From: Octopus sinensis
Lineage: Eukaryota
DNA length: 64,000 bases
Direction: 5' to 3'
NCBI RefSeq assembly: GCF_006345805.1
Contig: NC_042998.1
Location: forward strand, 203,484,001 to 203,548,000
The position numbers and the translations under genes are program-made. Shown here piece by piece: positions 1-11,269 of the stretch (position 1 is its first letter; each line of letters starts with the position of its first letter). Under the pieces are notes generated by a model. It was given only the letters and a program-made list of their open reading frames with translations, was not told the origin of the DNA and did no database searches.

Positions 1-343
1 AATAAAATGTTTTGTTTTTTCTTAAACACGAGATATAGTGTTCAAATTCAGGATGTTTTGAAAGACACTATATCTTATAATCATAGTATATATACTTTCT
101 CTCACAACAATTACAATATATTTATTTTAAATCACTTATTTATTTTAAATCGTTCATCTTTCTCCCCCCCCCCTCTCTCTCACATACATTACTTTGGGTG
201 CGAAAGAATTTTGTTTTTATTTTACGCCGAGTAAAAAAGTGTTTTGTTGAGAGTCGATATTACTTAGTTTGGTTTGCAATAAAGAACTTGATTAGCTTAG
301 TAATCGTAACTTAATCCTGGGCAAGGCCGGTTTATACTGCTAG
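1..343 (+). mobile_element. 3' end of a non-autonomous Helitron-like element
   Basis: GC-rich subterminal hairpin-like CCTGGGCAAGGCCGG (316-330) followed by CTAG at 340-343 and a T. A related perfect hairpin lies at ~11332-11362. Confidence 0.45.
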
Positions 344-1330
344 TAGTTACTATTTCTTGTCGATCGAATCTCTAAGTAGAGGCTTCCTCTTTATATTTTC
401 TTTTCATACAATGTGTATCGAGGACTACATTATCAAATGTGTCCTTTCCTTCTTTTCAGTGATATGGAGATTGGCATTTCGATCTATTTCTAGCAGATCG
501 AGATACCAAGCAAGAGATACAGTTTTTTCTAATGACAACAGGCTGTTTGGTTGCTAATGAGGCAATGTCTGACGCTATTTATTCTGAAAGCCAAAAATAC
601 CTGAGATGGCAGAGGATATTGCCATGGCAACACTTGACAAACAAGGCGATTGTACGAAAATACCTAACTTAAAACAGAGCAAGGTATGCTGTCATAGCAA
701 CGCCTGTCACAAGACAGAGTTGTTTTACATATTTGATATCGCTTTGGCTTTAAACAGTTCATCACGTGATGTTTCTTCTGAGACGACGGCAGATTCTGAC
801 TTGGTTGCTCATGGCGACGACGGCGATGATATTGATGATGTTACTCATCACCAGGCCAAATGTGATCGAACAGAACTATTTTTAAAGCGTTCCAGCTATG
901 ACCATATCATCTTATTTCCAAATCCAACATGGCCTTCGATCAATTTTTAAGATGGTATGGTGAAGTTTGAGAAATCTGAGTTGAACACATCAAACATGAA
1001 ACATACTCCTGTATTAAGCACAAAAAACATAATTGTTATATATATCGTAACTTAGCGGTTCGGCAAAAGAGACCGATAGAATAAGTGCCAGGCTTACAAA
1101 GAATAAGTCTTGGGGCTGATTTGATCGACTAAAAAAGGGGTGTTCCAGCATGGCCGCAGTCAAATGACTGAAACAAGTAAAAGAGTAAAAGAGTATATCA
1201 AACACACTCCATTGTATCAAACACACCAACCATGCCATTGTGTCTAACATATCATGCATTCTATTGTATCTCATATATCAATGTTCCAAACATATTTAGG
1301 AGATAACATATCAAGCATTCTCTTACGTCT

Positions 1331-1656
1331 GAGTAAGGGTTGTTTAAGGATGCTGAACGAAACACCCATGTTTCCAGAGGTGAATTATTCAAACCCCAAA
1401 GAATCCCTCTCAACACATGGCTATGATGCTCCCCCACTACTTCTGCTCGTGATTAGAGTTGCACATATCGTCAGCCACTAAGGGACATGCTCAACTGGTT
1501 AAGGTCAAACAACTGATCAGCAAATCTGTGGTATTGAGCAGAATATTTGCTGTAGCCCATCTTTTATACCAAGACAAAACAATGTACATGATAACACTTC
1601 CAATCAGTTAAGATCAGAAGCCATGAGAGCCACTGCCTGGTACTGCATCAGGGCGT
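1331..1656. mobile_element. Partial copy of a ~560-bp (TAA)n-flanked repeat
   Basis: Near-identical to the right part of 29811-30369 and 30406-30963; ends at a (TTA)n run shared with the Dong element. Confidence 0.8.
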
Positions 1657-1670
1657 TTATTATTATTATT

Positions 1671-2684
1671 CAGTAGTTTTATTTTTATAGCGTGCTTTCA
1701 CTTCACTACCGAGCGCAGCTCTGTGTGCCTTGGGTATGTGCTGTGATTTGTTGTGATGCTCTGATGGTTATTGTATGGAAAGTGTTCTGCGTAGGATGTG
1801 TGCAGTGCCTAGTAGTGCAATTTTCTGTATGTTATATGTGTTTGTAAGTCCTGGTATTTTTGTTATGTATTTGTCTGAATATTTTTTTATCATGCCTAAT
1901 ACACCTACTGTGATAGGAATTGTTTCTGTTTTCAGATTCCACATTCTAGTTACCTCTATTTCCAGGTCTTTGTATTTTGAGAGTTTCTCCATTTCTTTTA
2001 GAGGCACGTTGTCATCAGCCGGTATTGATACATCAATTAGAAAGCATTTTTTTTCTTCATGATCTCTGACAACTATATCTGGTCTGTTGGCCTTAATTTC
2101 TCTATCTGTGTGTATCGGCATATCCCAGAGTATGGTTGCTTTCTCGTTTTCTGTGACCTTTTCTGGTGTGTGCCTATACCATCTTTTTTCTGTTGTTATT
2201 CCATAATGTTGGCATAGCTTCCAATGTATGTAGGTTCCAACTCTGTCATGTCTGTGAATATATTCCTTCGTAGCCAGGACTGGGCAGCTAGAGATAATAT
2301 GATTTATTGTTTCTTGTCCATCTCCACATATTCTGCAGTTACTTGTTATGTTTCTTTTCATTACATGTTTTTGGTAATTTCTGGTGGGGAGGCTTTGGTC
2401 TTGTGCTGCAATTAAAAATCCCTCTGTTTCTGCTTTGAGTTCTGAGCTTCTCAACCATTGCTGGGATTTTTCTTTGTCTATTTCTTTTGCGTTTAGTTTA
2501 GTGCAGTATTTACCATGAGGGGCTTTTCTTGCCATCGTTTTATCATGGTTCGTTGCTGTTCTATTTTTAGTTTGGATTTCATTTGTTTTATAGCTTTTGT
2601 TGTTTCTTCATCTTCTTCTTCTTCTTCTTCTTCTTCTCATGTTTATTAGGTGGTATGATTTCTTGTTTGTATTTGTCAGCTTCC
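1671..2684 (-). mobile_element. 5'-truncated R4/Dong-clade non-LTR retrotransposon (CCHC knuckle plus restriction-like endonuclease)
   Basis: ORF 1768-2535: CRICGDGQETINHIISSC (CCHC), RHD, NRPDIVVRDHEEKKCFLIDVSIP (PD..D endonuclease), EKLSKYKDL. (TTA)n on both sides. Confidence 0.88.
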
Positions 2685-2702
2685 TTATTATTATTATTAT
2701 TA

Positions 2703-2756
<54 letters not shown>

Positions 2757-2759
<3 letters not shown>

Positions 2760-2814
2760 GGCGTAGTGGTTAAGAGCGCGGGCTACTAATTCCGAGTTCG
2801 ATTCCGGGCAGTGA

Positions 2815-2883
<69 letters not shown>

Positions 2884-3045
2884 CATTGAAAATACCTTAG
2901 GAATGAGAACCCAGGTTCGAAATTTCCCCAAGACACCTGATGAAGGCTGGAGGGTATATTAGCCGAAACGTTGTGTAAACAACAAGCAAGATGAGGACAA
3001 ATATCCGTCGAGTGTAAATTATGTAAATAATGTACATAATGAACT
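2757..3045 (+). mobile_element. tRNA-headed short element with Penelope-type hammerhead tail, copy 1
   Basis: A box TGGCGTAGTGG, B box GAGTTCGATTCC, (TAA)n linker, then a conserved tail containing the hammerhead motif. Confidence 0.75.
2932..2976 (+). ncRNA. Minimal type I hammerhead ribozyme motif
   Basis: ACAC-CTGATGA-A-GGCTG(gagggtatat)TAGCC-GAAAC-GTT-GTGT. Stem I ACAC/GTGT, stem II GGCTG/TAGCC, palindromic AACGTT in place of stem III, GUU cleavage triplet. Confidence 0.65.
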
Positions 3046-3187
3046 TTACTGTAATTATTATGCAACAAAAGACTTTGATGTAATATCGCTTAACAGACAA
3101 CTTTGACGAAACTATCAGAGGCTGTAACGTAACTATTGCGTTACAAGTGAGTTTGACTAACTATTACATAACTTTATCGTAACTATT

Positions 3188-3376
3188 CGAGGCACTCCGC
3201 CGGTTACGACGACGAAGGTTCCAGTTAATCCAATCAACGGAACAGCCTGCTCGTGAAATTAACGTGCAAGTGGCTGAGCACTCCGCATCTACGTGTACCC
3301 TTAACATAGTTCTCGGGGAAGATTCAGCGTGACAGAGAGTGTGGCAAGGCTGGTCCTTTTCAATTACAGGTACAAC
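3188..3376 (-). mobile_element. SINE family E fragment
   Basis: Homologous to 19510-19790 (+) and 44947-45280 (-). Confidence 0.7.
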
Positions 3377-3377
3377 A

Positions 3378-3565
3378 AAGAAAGAGTGAGAGAAAATTGT
3401 GTTGGAAGTGCACTGCAGGGTTCGCTGCCACCCCACTGCCGGAGACTCGTGGAACATTAGGTGCTTTCGCTCAATAAATACTCACAGTGCCCGGTCTGGG
3501 AATCGAAACCGCGATCCTAAGACCGCAAGTCTGCTGCCCTAACCACTGTGCCAGTGCACCTCCAC
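3378..3565 (-). mobile_element. tRNA-derived SINE family D fragment
   Basis: Head has CAGTGGTTAGGGCAGC and GGTTTCGATTCCCAGACC boxes; homologous to 13380-13592 and 41641-41935. Confidence 0.7.
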
Positions 3566-4039
3566 ATCGTAAGTATTACGTAAGATATGACTAGCCCAAC
3601 TATAACATAACGGGTAACAGATAACGTTGCAATAACTATTAGATAACAGATAACATCAACGTAGCGAATATATAGCATGTAACAGATAACCTTAACGTAA
3701 TTACCACGTAACAGATATCGGTGATGTAACAAATGCATCAGAAACAGCTTTGACGTAACTATCACATAACAGATATCTTTGCTGTAACTATTAAAAAACA
3801 GATAACATTGACGTAACTAATACACAATTTTAACGTGACCATTATCTAACTGATAACTGCCATAACTATTACACAAAAGACGACGTTAACGTAACGTAAC
3901 TACCGCGTAACAAATAGTTTTGACGTAACTATAACATAACAGATAACGTTGACGTAACAATGACGTAGTAGATAATTTTGACGTAACGAATGCATAACAA
4001 ATAGCTTTGACGTAACTATCACGTGAAAATGAACTTTAA

Positions 4040-4416
4040 GGAGTGGCTGTGTGGTAAGTAGCTTGCTTACCAACCACATGGCTTTGGGTTCAGTCCTACT
4101 GCGTGGCGCCTTGGGCAAGTGTCTTCTACTATAGCCTCGGGCCGACCAAAGCCTTGTGAGTGGATTTGGTAGACGGAAACTGAAAGAAGCCCACCGTGTG
4201 TGTGTGTATGTATGTATACATATGTTTGTGCGTCTGTGTTTGTCCCCCCCACCAACATCGCTTGACAACTGATGCTGGTGTGTTTAATGTCACCCGTAAC
4301 TTAGCGGTTCGGCAAAAGATCCCGATAGAATAAGTACTAGGCTTACAAAGAGTAAGTCCTGGGATCGATTTGTTCGACTAAAGGCGGTGCTGCAGCATCG
4401 CCGTAGTCAAATGACT
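4040..4416 (+). mobile_element. SINE family A (most abundant; internal (TA)n/(TG)n; AGTAAAAG-type tail)
   Basis: GGAGTGGCTGTGTGGTAAG...GGTTCAGTCC...CCTTGGGCAAGT...GACTGAAACAA; about 20 full or partial copies in the window. Confidence 0.85.
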
Positions 4417-4704
4417 GAAACAAATAAAAGAAAAATAATATCTATCTCATACATATATAAACGCAGACGTGGCTTGTGGTGGGAGGCTTGCTTTCCAACC
4501 ATCTGGTTCTGGGTTCAGTTCCATTGCGTGGCATTTTGGACGAGTAACTTCTCAGGCCTTGCTAGCATTCTTTTCGATGGCCCGATAACTGAAAAGGTGC
4601 CGGCGTGGGTTTCCGTCCCGACATCCGAAACTCGGAGTTTTATCATGGCTACCGAATAATTGTCACATATTATATTTACACACACACACACACACACATA
4701 TATA

Positions 4705-4833
4705 TAGGGAGAGTTTACGAAGAAAACAAAAGACGAAGACAGGTGATGTACAAAACAAACAGATGTATTAGTATAACGCTCGGGAACTGGAAAAGTCTTT
4801 TACGTTTCGAGCCAACGCTCTTCTACAGAAAGA
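4705..4833 (-). mobile_element. Penelope-like terminal fragment with hammerhead-like motif (second family)
   Basis: Minus strand TCTTT-CTGTAGA-A-GAGC(gttg)GCTC-GAAAC-GTA-AAAGA at 4796-4833. Homologous copy at 6342-6475; related motif at 6822-6858. Confidence 0.55.
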
Positions 4834-4834
4834 G

Positions 4835-5215
4835 ATATATATACAGGACATATAAACAAGGACAGACAAACGGATTAAGTCGATTATATCGACCCCAGTG
4901 TGTAACTGGTACTTATTTAATCGGCCCCGAAAGGATGAAAGGCAAAGTCGACCTCGGCGGAATTTGAACTCACAACGTAACGGCAAACGAAATACCTATT
5001 TCTTTACGACCCACAAGGGACTAAACACTGAGGGGACAAACAAGGACAGACAAACGGATTAAGTCGATTATATCGACCCCAGTGCGTACCTGGTACTTAT
5101 TCAATCGGCCCCGAAAGGATGAAAGGTAAAGTCGACCTCGGCGGAATTTGAACTCAGAACGTAGCGGCAGACGAAATACCGCTTAGCATTTCGTTTCTGC
5201 CAGCTCGCCGCTTTA
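4835..5215 (-). mobile_element. SINE family B, tandem partial copies
   Basis: Core TTCTGAGTTCAAATTCCGCCGAGGTCGACTTTGCCTTTCATCCTTTCGGGG is present twice; many other copies in window. Confidence 0.8.
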
Positions 5216-5289
5216 TCATCTTAAATATCATACCACTTACGACAAAAACTATCAGGGCTGGTGTTGTAAAACGCAAACGACAACACGTA

Positions 5290-5640
5290 TCAATTCAGCA
5301 TTTTATCTCCTTCGAAGTAATTCCTTTCGGAAGCCAAACACTTTATCCGGTGTCGTTTCCATTAACGGAAGCATTCCAGGAGTTACTTTTTTGAGACAGC
5401 AAATAGCTGCCTCGTCGCATTCTCTTGGATTCCCCCCGACGTCTTGAAATCTTGTTGCGTTCTTCCAATGAGAAGTCTTAAGTCTTGGTTTCGAGGTCAG
5501 AGCCATAGACCCACGATTCGTCACCTGTTAGGACCATTTTCAAACAGTTTTCATATTCCTTGACACAATCAAGGAGATCCTGCACAGATGAAAATCTTTC
5601 CATGTAGATGTTTTGCAAACAACTTGCACATGCAAGTGTT
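5290..5640 (-). mobile_element. Mariner transposase remnant
   Basis: LTGDESWVYGSDLETKT matches the mariner first catalytic Asp motif (TGDESW.Y); frameshifted. Confidence 0.7.
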
Positions 5641-6240
5641 ACCAGTCGAAAGCTCTGCATACCGGAAGCCAGCGAGTATGTGGGGGTCATCAGGAGAGAA
5701 TGCATACCGTTTCGTGGCCTACCTCACGACAGCATCATTGCGCACCGGCCCCACTCACCAAAATGAGGCCCCGCTTGCTAGATCAACTGGTTATCAGATA
5801 TAGGCTCAATATTCTTCTAGCCATCGCTCATCGTCTCTTTTTAACCAACTATAACAACAGTCGCCTCAGCATTGTGTCCAACGAATCCTCTACACCCGAC
5901 TTCGATTGGGAAACACCTCGCTTTCCAGCCTGCGTCACTACATTCCTCGAACAGGTTTACATGACGGTCAGTATTTCCAGCCCGAGCGGTTGTCCATGTT
6001 ATCTTCAGGAGAAAACATTAACTCGACTAGATTCACAACTTTCTTTCCTTCACACCGCATTAAAATGTCCGGTTTCTTCGTAACTGGGGTGGAAAAGAAT
6101 CCTTGGCACCCTGGTAAATCTGCAGCCACCTTCCAATAACCGTTCAACTTTTCACCGCTCACACAGGCACGCACGCACACACACATAGAGGAACGCACAT
6201 ATATTCCATACACACAACCTCCACACAAAACCCCACGAGC

Positions 6241-6273
<33 letters not shown>

Positions 6274-6964
6274 CACACACAGACGCATGCACACACTACA
6301 CACAAAACACACACACACACACTCCTTGTTTTTTCTGTGTCTCTTTCTCTAGAAGAGCGTAAGCTCGAAACCTAAAAGACTTTTTCTATTCTTGAACGTT
6401 ATACTAATACATCCGTTTGTTTTGTACACCACCTGTCTTCGTCTTTTGTTTTTTTTTTCGTAAACTCTCCCTAAATACACGTACACACGTACATACACGC
6501 ACACACATACTTCAAACTGCCAGTCAAACACCATTCTACTGACCATTCATCTACGCACATGTGAAGAAACACACAACTACGCAAAAGGCTGCCACCCCTG
6601 TTACTATGCTGCTGAATTCTTCCTACAGCATTAAGCGACACAAAGTTCACTCACACATACACATATAAACAGCCAAATCCATACACACACCATACCTCCT
6701 TCTCTTACACTCTCCTGTCTTAGAAAGAACATTTTCTTCACCCATTCACTCCTGGTCATTTCAAAATGCAACCACATGTAAATTGTTGGCGATTTTCTTC
6801 CCCCGTCTTCCTTTCTATCGGACTTTCCGAAGAAGAGCGTTTGCTCGAAACGTTAAACCATCTTTCTTTCCTTCCTTCTTTGAGCGTCTGCTAATATTTA
6901 ACATGTATCACGTCCTCGCGTTGTTGTTTTTTTGTGTTTGTTCTTCTTTTCTGGATTTATTACA

Positions 6965-7006
<42 letters not shown>

Positions 7007-7271
7007 TGTGTGTGTGTGTGTTTGTATAAAACTTTAATAACTTTGATAGGTTTCGGCCTGTATAGGCCCAGGCCATGTCTAAATGAATAGCACCACCTGG
7101 TGAAGTCTTTTAGTTATATATATATATATACGATGGACCTCTTTCAGTTGCCGCCTACAAATCCACTAACAAGGCTTTGGTCGGTTAGCGGCTATAACAG
7201 AAGACACTTTTTCAAGGTATAACGCAGTGGGACTGAACCCAGAACCATGTGGTTGAGAAGCCACTCATGCG

Positions 7272-7345
<74 letters not shown>

Positions 7346-7475
7346 TATATATATATATATTATATATATGTATGTATGTTTGTATGTATATAAACATAGA
7401 CCATATTAAATGTAACTGGCTCTTAGGGAGGTATCAGCTGTGTACGTAATATATATATATATATATATACACATA

Positions 7476-7892
7476 GGCGCAGGAGTGGCTGTGTGGTAAG
7501 TAGCTTGCTAACCAACCACATAGTTCCGGGTTCAGTCCAACTGAGTGGCATCTTGGGCAAGTGTCTTCTGCTGTAGCCCCGGGTCGACCAATGCCTTGTG
7601 AGTGGATTTGGTAGACGGAAACTGAAAGAAGCCTTTCCTATATATGTATATATATATATGTGTGTGTTTGTGTTTGTGTGTCTGTGTTTGTCCCTCTAGC
7701 ATTGCTTGACAACCGATGCTGGTGTGTTTATGTCCCCGTCACTTAGCGGTTCAGCAAAAAGAGACCGATAGCATAAATACTGGGCTTACAAAGAATAAGT
7801 CTCGGGGTCGATTTGCTCGATTAAAAGGCGGTGCTCCAGCATGGCCGTAGTCAAATGACTGAAACAAGTAAAAGAGTAAAAGAGTAAAAGAG
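7476..7892 (+). mobile_element. SINE family A, full copy
   Basis: Complete head to (AGTAAAAG)n tail. Confidence 0.85.
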
Positions 7893-8294
7893 TATATATA
7901 CGTGTGTATGTATGTATAAAACGTGTCGTTCTTTCCTTTTTGCGTCTTTCATTGCGTTCAGTCTCTCTCTCTCTCCCCACATCTCTTCGCCACCCCGTTG
8001 CTGCTCACATAATACCCTTGACAAACACCCCGAGTTGTTTGAACTAAATGGACGTCTTTACTTGGTTGACCTCCTCCCCTTACCCCCTCTTCCTCCTCCT
8101 CCTCCTACCCCGTCTTAACGTTCTCCCTCTCTCTGCCCCTCCGTCCGTTTGCCTCCTCCTCCCCCCTCCCAAACCCGACCCACATGATTACGACCTACTT
8201 TTATTTATCTATTTATTTACTATAGCCAATCTTGCTGTTGTTTTTACACACCCCGTTGGAGACTTGCAGATTTCCCTACCCCACACACTAGGCT

Positions 8295-8470
8295 ACCATC
8301 ACCACCACCACCACCACCACCATCACCACCACCACCACCACCATCACCACCACCACCACCGTCACCACCACCACCGTCACCGCCATCGCCACCGTCACCA
8401 CTAGCATCATCCCGCTATCGTACCCAAACCACCACCATCGCCATCATCACCACGACCGCCACCGTCAGCA
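8295..8470. repeat. (CAC)n-rich trinucleotide tract
   Basis: Direct inspection. Confidence 0.9.
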
Positions 8471-8672
8471 TCAGCATCATCACCACTGCCGCGCCACCAC
8501 CCAACAGCATCAACGCTACCCTCACCGATATCATCACCCACACACACACGCACACACTCCACCACCACCAATACCACCACCCGGGCTCTGTAATTGAGAT
8601 GAAGTGAACAATGATCATATTACATTTTTGCATTTGTATGTATGTATGTACGCATGTATGTATGCGTATATG

Positions 8673-8724
<52 letters not shown>

Positions 8725-9091
8725 TATGTATGTATGTATATGTGTGTGTGTGTGTGCTTGCGTTTTACGTCGTTAATAAATAAACCGGTGCTTTTCACCA
8801 GGGACACCGTCGTCATTGCAACAGAAAAACATTGATGTTTTGATGATGATGATGATGACGATGATTGGTATTTATTTTGTCATAGATGTCTACGTGACCA
8901 ATCAAGACCTATGACTAAAGAGACATTCCACAAGTGACCTTCCCTCATATTTTCTTTGAGGCCGTAATGCATCTTGGACTACATTAACCAATGTGTCCTT
9001 CTTTTCTCTGAAGCAGCAGAGTGTAATCTGAGAGAGATTTGACCGCTACTTCTAGCAGATCAAGCAGCCACGTGATGATTCCCTCCATGGG

Positions 9092-9860
9092 TTGTTGTTG
9101 TTGTTGTTGTTAAGCAACAAGACGGGTAAGGGTGATTTCACTGCGTCCGTTCTGTGGGTTGGGAGGCATCTGGCAGGTCGGGAGCGGAAGTCCACTTTTC
9201 CCAGATCCGAAGGACAAGGAGAGGGTCACCGACCAGAGTGTCTGGAGGGGTTGGCATTTGCGGCGGGCGATGGATCCGTGGACAGTCGTTGATGACATGT
9301 CCCGCCGTCTCCTCTCCCACCCGGCACTTTCTGAAAGTTCTCTCTATGGCTCGGTCGATCTTGTAGAGCCAGTACTTGAGGTCCGGGTGATGACCCCTTC
9401 TAAGTCGGCTGATTGTCACCTGCTGCTGCCTGGTTGCAGAGGAATCAGCGGTTCTGCTCACTTCATCTCCATGGTCGCCGTAGATCCTCCTGACTCTTTC
9501 GAGTTTGAAGGGAAATGGTTTAAGTGCCCGGCGGATCGCTGCTTTCGCTGCGTCTTAGGTGGGCTGTTGACTGGTCTACTTCCGTGCCGCCGGCTTTGGC
9601 CTTCTCGTCTGCCAAGTCGTTGCCGGGGATTCCGCAATGGCTAGGGCACCAGGTGAAGGTTATCTGGCACCCGTTGTCACTGAGGTTTGAAAGGAGGATG
9701 ACGATTTCAAGTTCGTCTTCGGTCTTGGGGGTAGTGTTGGGTGAGCTGCTTTAATCTTCTGCAAAGCGGAGGGCCATTCAAGAATTTGGACTAGGAGATC
9801 TCCATTTCCAGCGACTTCGAGGGCCACCTCCTAGTGGTGTCGGGCGTCAACGAAGAGCCC
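9092..9860 (-). mobile_element. 3' end of an I-group LINE with RNase H and C-terminal knuckle region
   Basis: Minus strand GCQITFTWCPSHCGIPGNDLADEKAKAG (RNase H C-terminal motif); QVTISRLRRGHH...CRVGEETAGHVINDCP; (AAC)n tail at ~9090-9111. Confidence 0.8.
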
Positions 9861-9879
9861 TCGACTACAACAAGACGAC

Positions 9880-10860
9880 TAATTGTTGTTGCTGCTGTGT
9901 AATGTACGCATCTCTTTGCATCAACGTAAAATTTCCTGTAAGTCAGAGCACCTCATGGTCCCAGTGGACTGCATGGAAAACCCGTTTCCCCGGAGGATGG
10001 TGAGGGATATGCGCTGTAACAGCCACTCTGACTCGCTCTTGCGGACAGCAATCTTCACCCCTATAGCGGTGAGCAGAGTTCTGATCCGGGGGCCAAAAAC
10101 GCTCGAAGTTTCCAATGTGACCATAAAGCTTGTGTCCCCCAATCACAGATGGTTCAGTTGTGTTTTGGAGAACCCTGTTATTGAGGACAGGGCAAGAGGT
10201 CACCGACGAGAGAAAAGCCAGCAGGGCTTGTGAGACCGGAGATTGAAGGCTGAGGCCGCCATATTTAATGGTAAAGGTGGCCTGTTGCAATCCAGTGTCA
10301 TTGAACCGAACGTTGCCTATCTCTTCGGCAGTCCGTTGAATATAGACGTCGAGATCAGTGAGGGAAGGTAAGTGGCTGCAGCAAGAAGCGAAGCCAAGAC
10401 TTGAGAGTGGAGCGAATGGCAAGCGGGAGGATCAGCGAATCGAGGATAAGGACGTCCTCTTTCGAGGTCTCCTGTACCTGGTGAGGTCGTGAACGTACGT
10501 CCGAGATGGAGGCCGCAAATTCCTCTGCGTCGTAGCTGACGTTCACCACCTCTGACTTGGACAAGTTTATCTTGAGGTCGATCCTCGCTACAGCGGGAAC
10601 CACTCGTCGGAGATCGTGACAGACAGCCTTTACTGGCCCACCTATCGTCGCATCGTCCAGGCATCAGACGTTGACAGAAGTCATGCTGCTCCGAGCAATG
10701 AAGAGCAGGTCAGTAGACGGAGCACGGGTGAGGCAGACCTAGAGCAAGGGGTCACGGCATTTCAAGCTTAGGGCACCGTAAATGAATCTGTTAATGAGGG
10801 CCGTAATTGCGCCCAACAGGCGGCGCCCGGCTTCGGCAGTGAGTGGTGACAGCAAGTCTT
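9880..10860 (-). mobile_element. CRE-clade non-LTR retrotransposon remnant
   Basis: Minus strand NV*CLDDATIGG (decayed RT catalytic box), DLKINLSKSEV, QQATFTIKYGGLSLQSPVSQALLAFLSS, terminal LETSSVFGPR...LLQRISLTILRGN; frameshifted. Confidence 0.75.
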
Positions 10861-11269
10861 TAAGGTGTTGTTGTTGTTGCTGTTGTCGTTAAGCTCTGTC
10901 TCGGTTCTGATCAAACAGACTCGTGATCAAAAATGGTTCCAACCGCGACCAACCCGCCTAAGTCAGATAGTGTTTCTAGCGTGTTCATTATCCAATGTGT
11001 TCTTCCTTTTTTAACACGACATGGTGCGATTTCGGAGAGTTTAAGTTGCTATTTCTCTAGTTAGCTCGTGTTTCGATGATGATGATGACGACGGCGATAA
11101 TATTATGGTGGCGGCGGCGACGGCGCTGTCGACAATCGGCGGTGGTCGTGGTGTTAATAGCTACCATGACTGTGAGGTTGCTAATAATCACGATGGTGGT
11201 GGTGGTGGTGGCGGCAGTGTATTTGATGGAGGTGATGATGAAGTTGACGGAAGCGAGAGCACATAAGAA

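Larger units (their letters stand above)
3050..4025. repeat. Degenerate ~30-bp minisatellite (TAACAGATAAC-TTGACGTAACTA-like) interrupted by SINEs
   Basis: GACGTAACTA and TAACAGATA recur at 3050-3185 and 3565-4025. Confidence 0.7.

Noticed and set aside
606-950. 114-aa ORF with an acidic stretch
   Set aside because: Lies between decayed repeats, with no domain or exon signals.
2757-2820. Functional tRNA gene
   Set aside because: A and B boxes are present but I could not fold a full cloverleaf, and it is part of a dispersed repeat. The same holds for family A, D and E heads.
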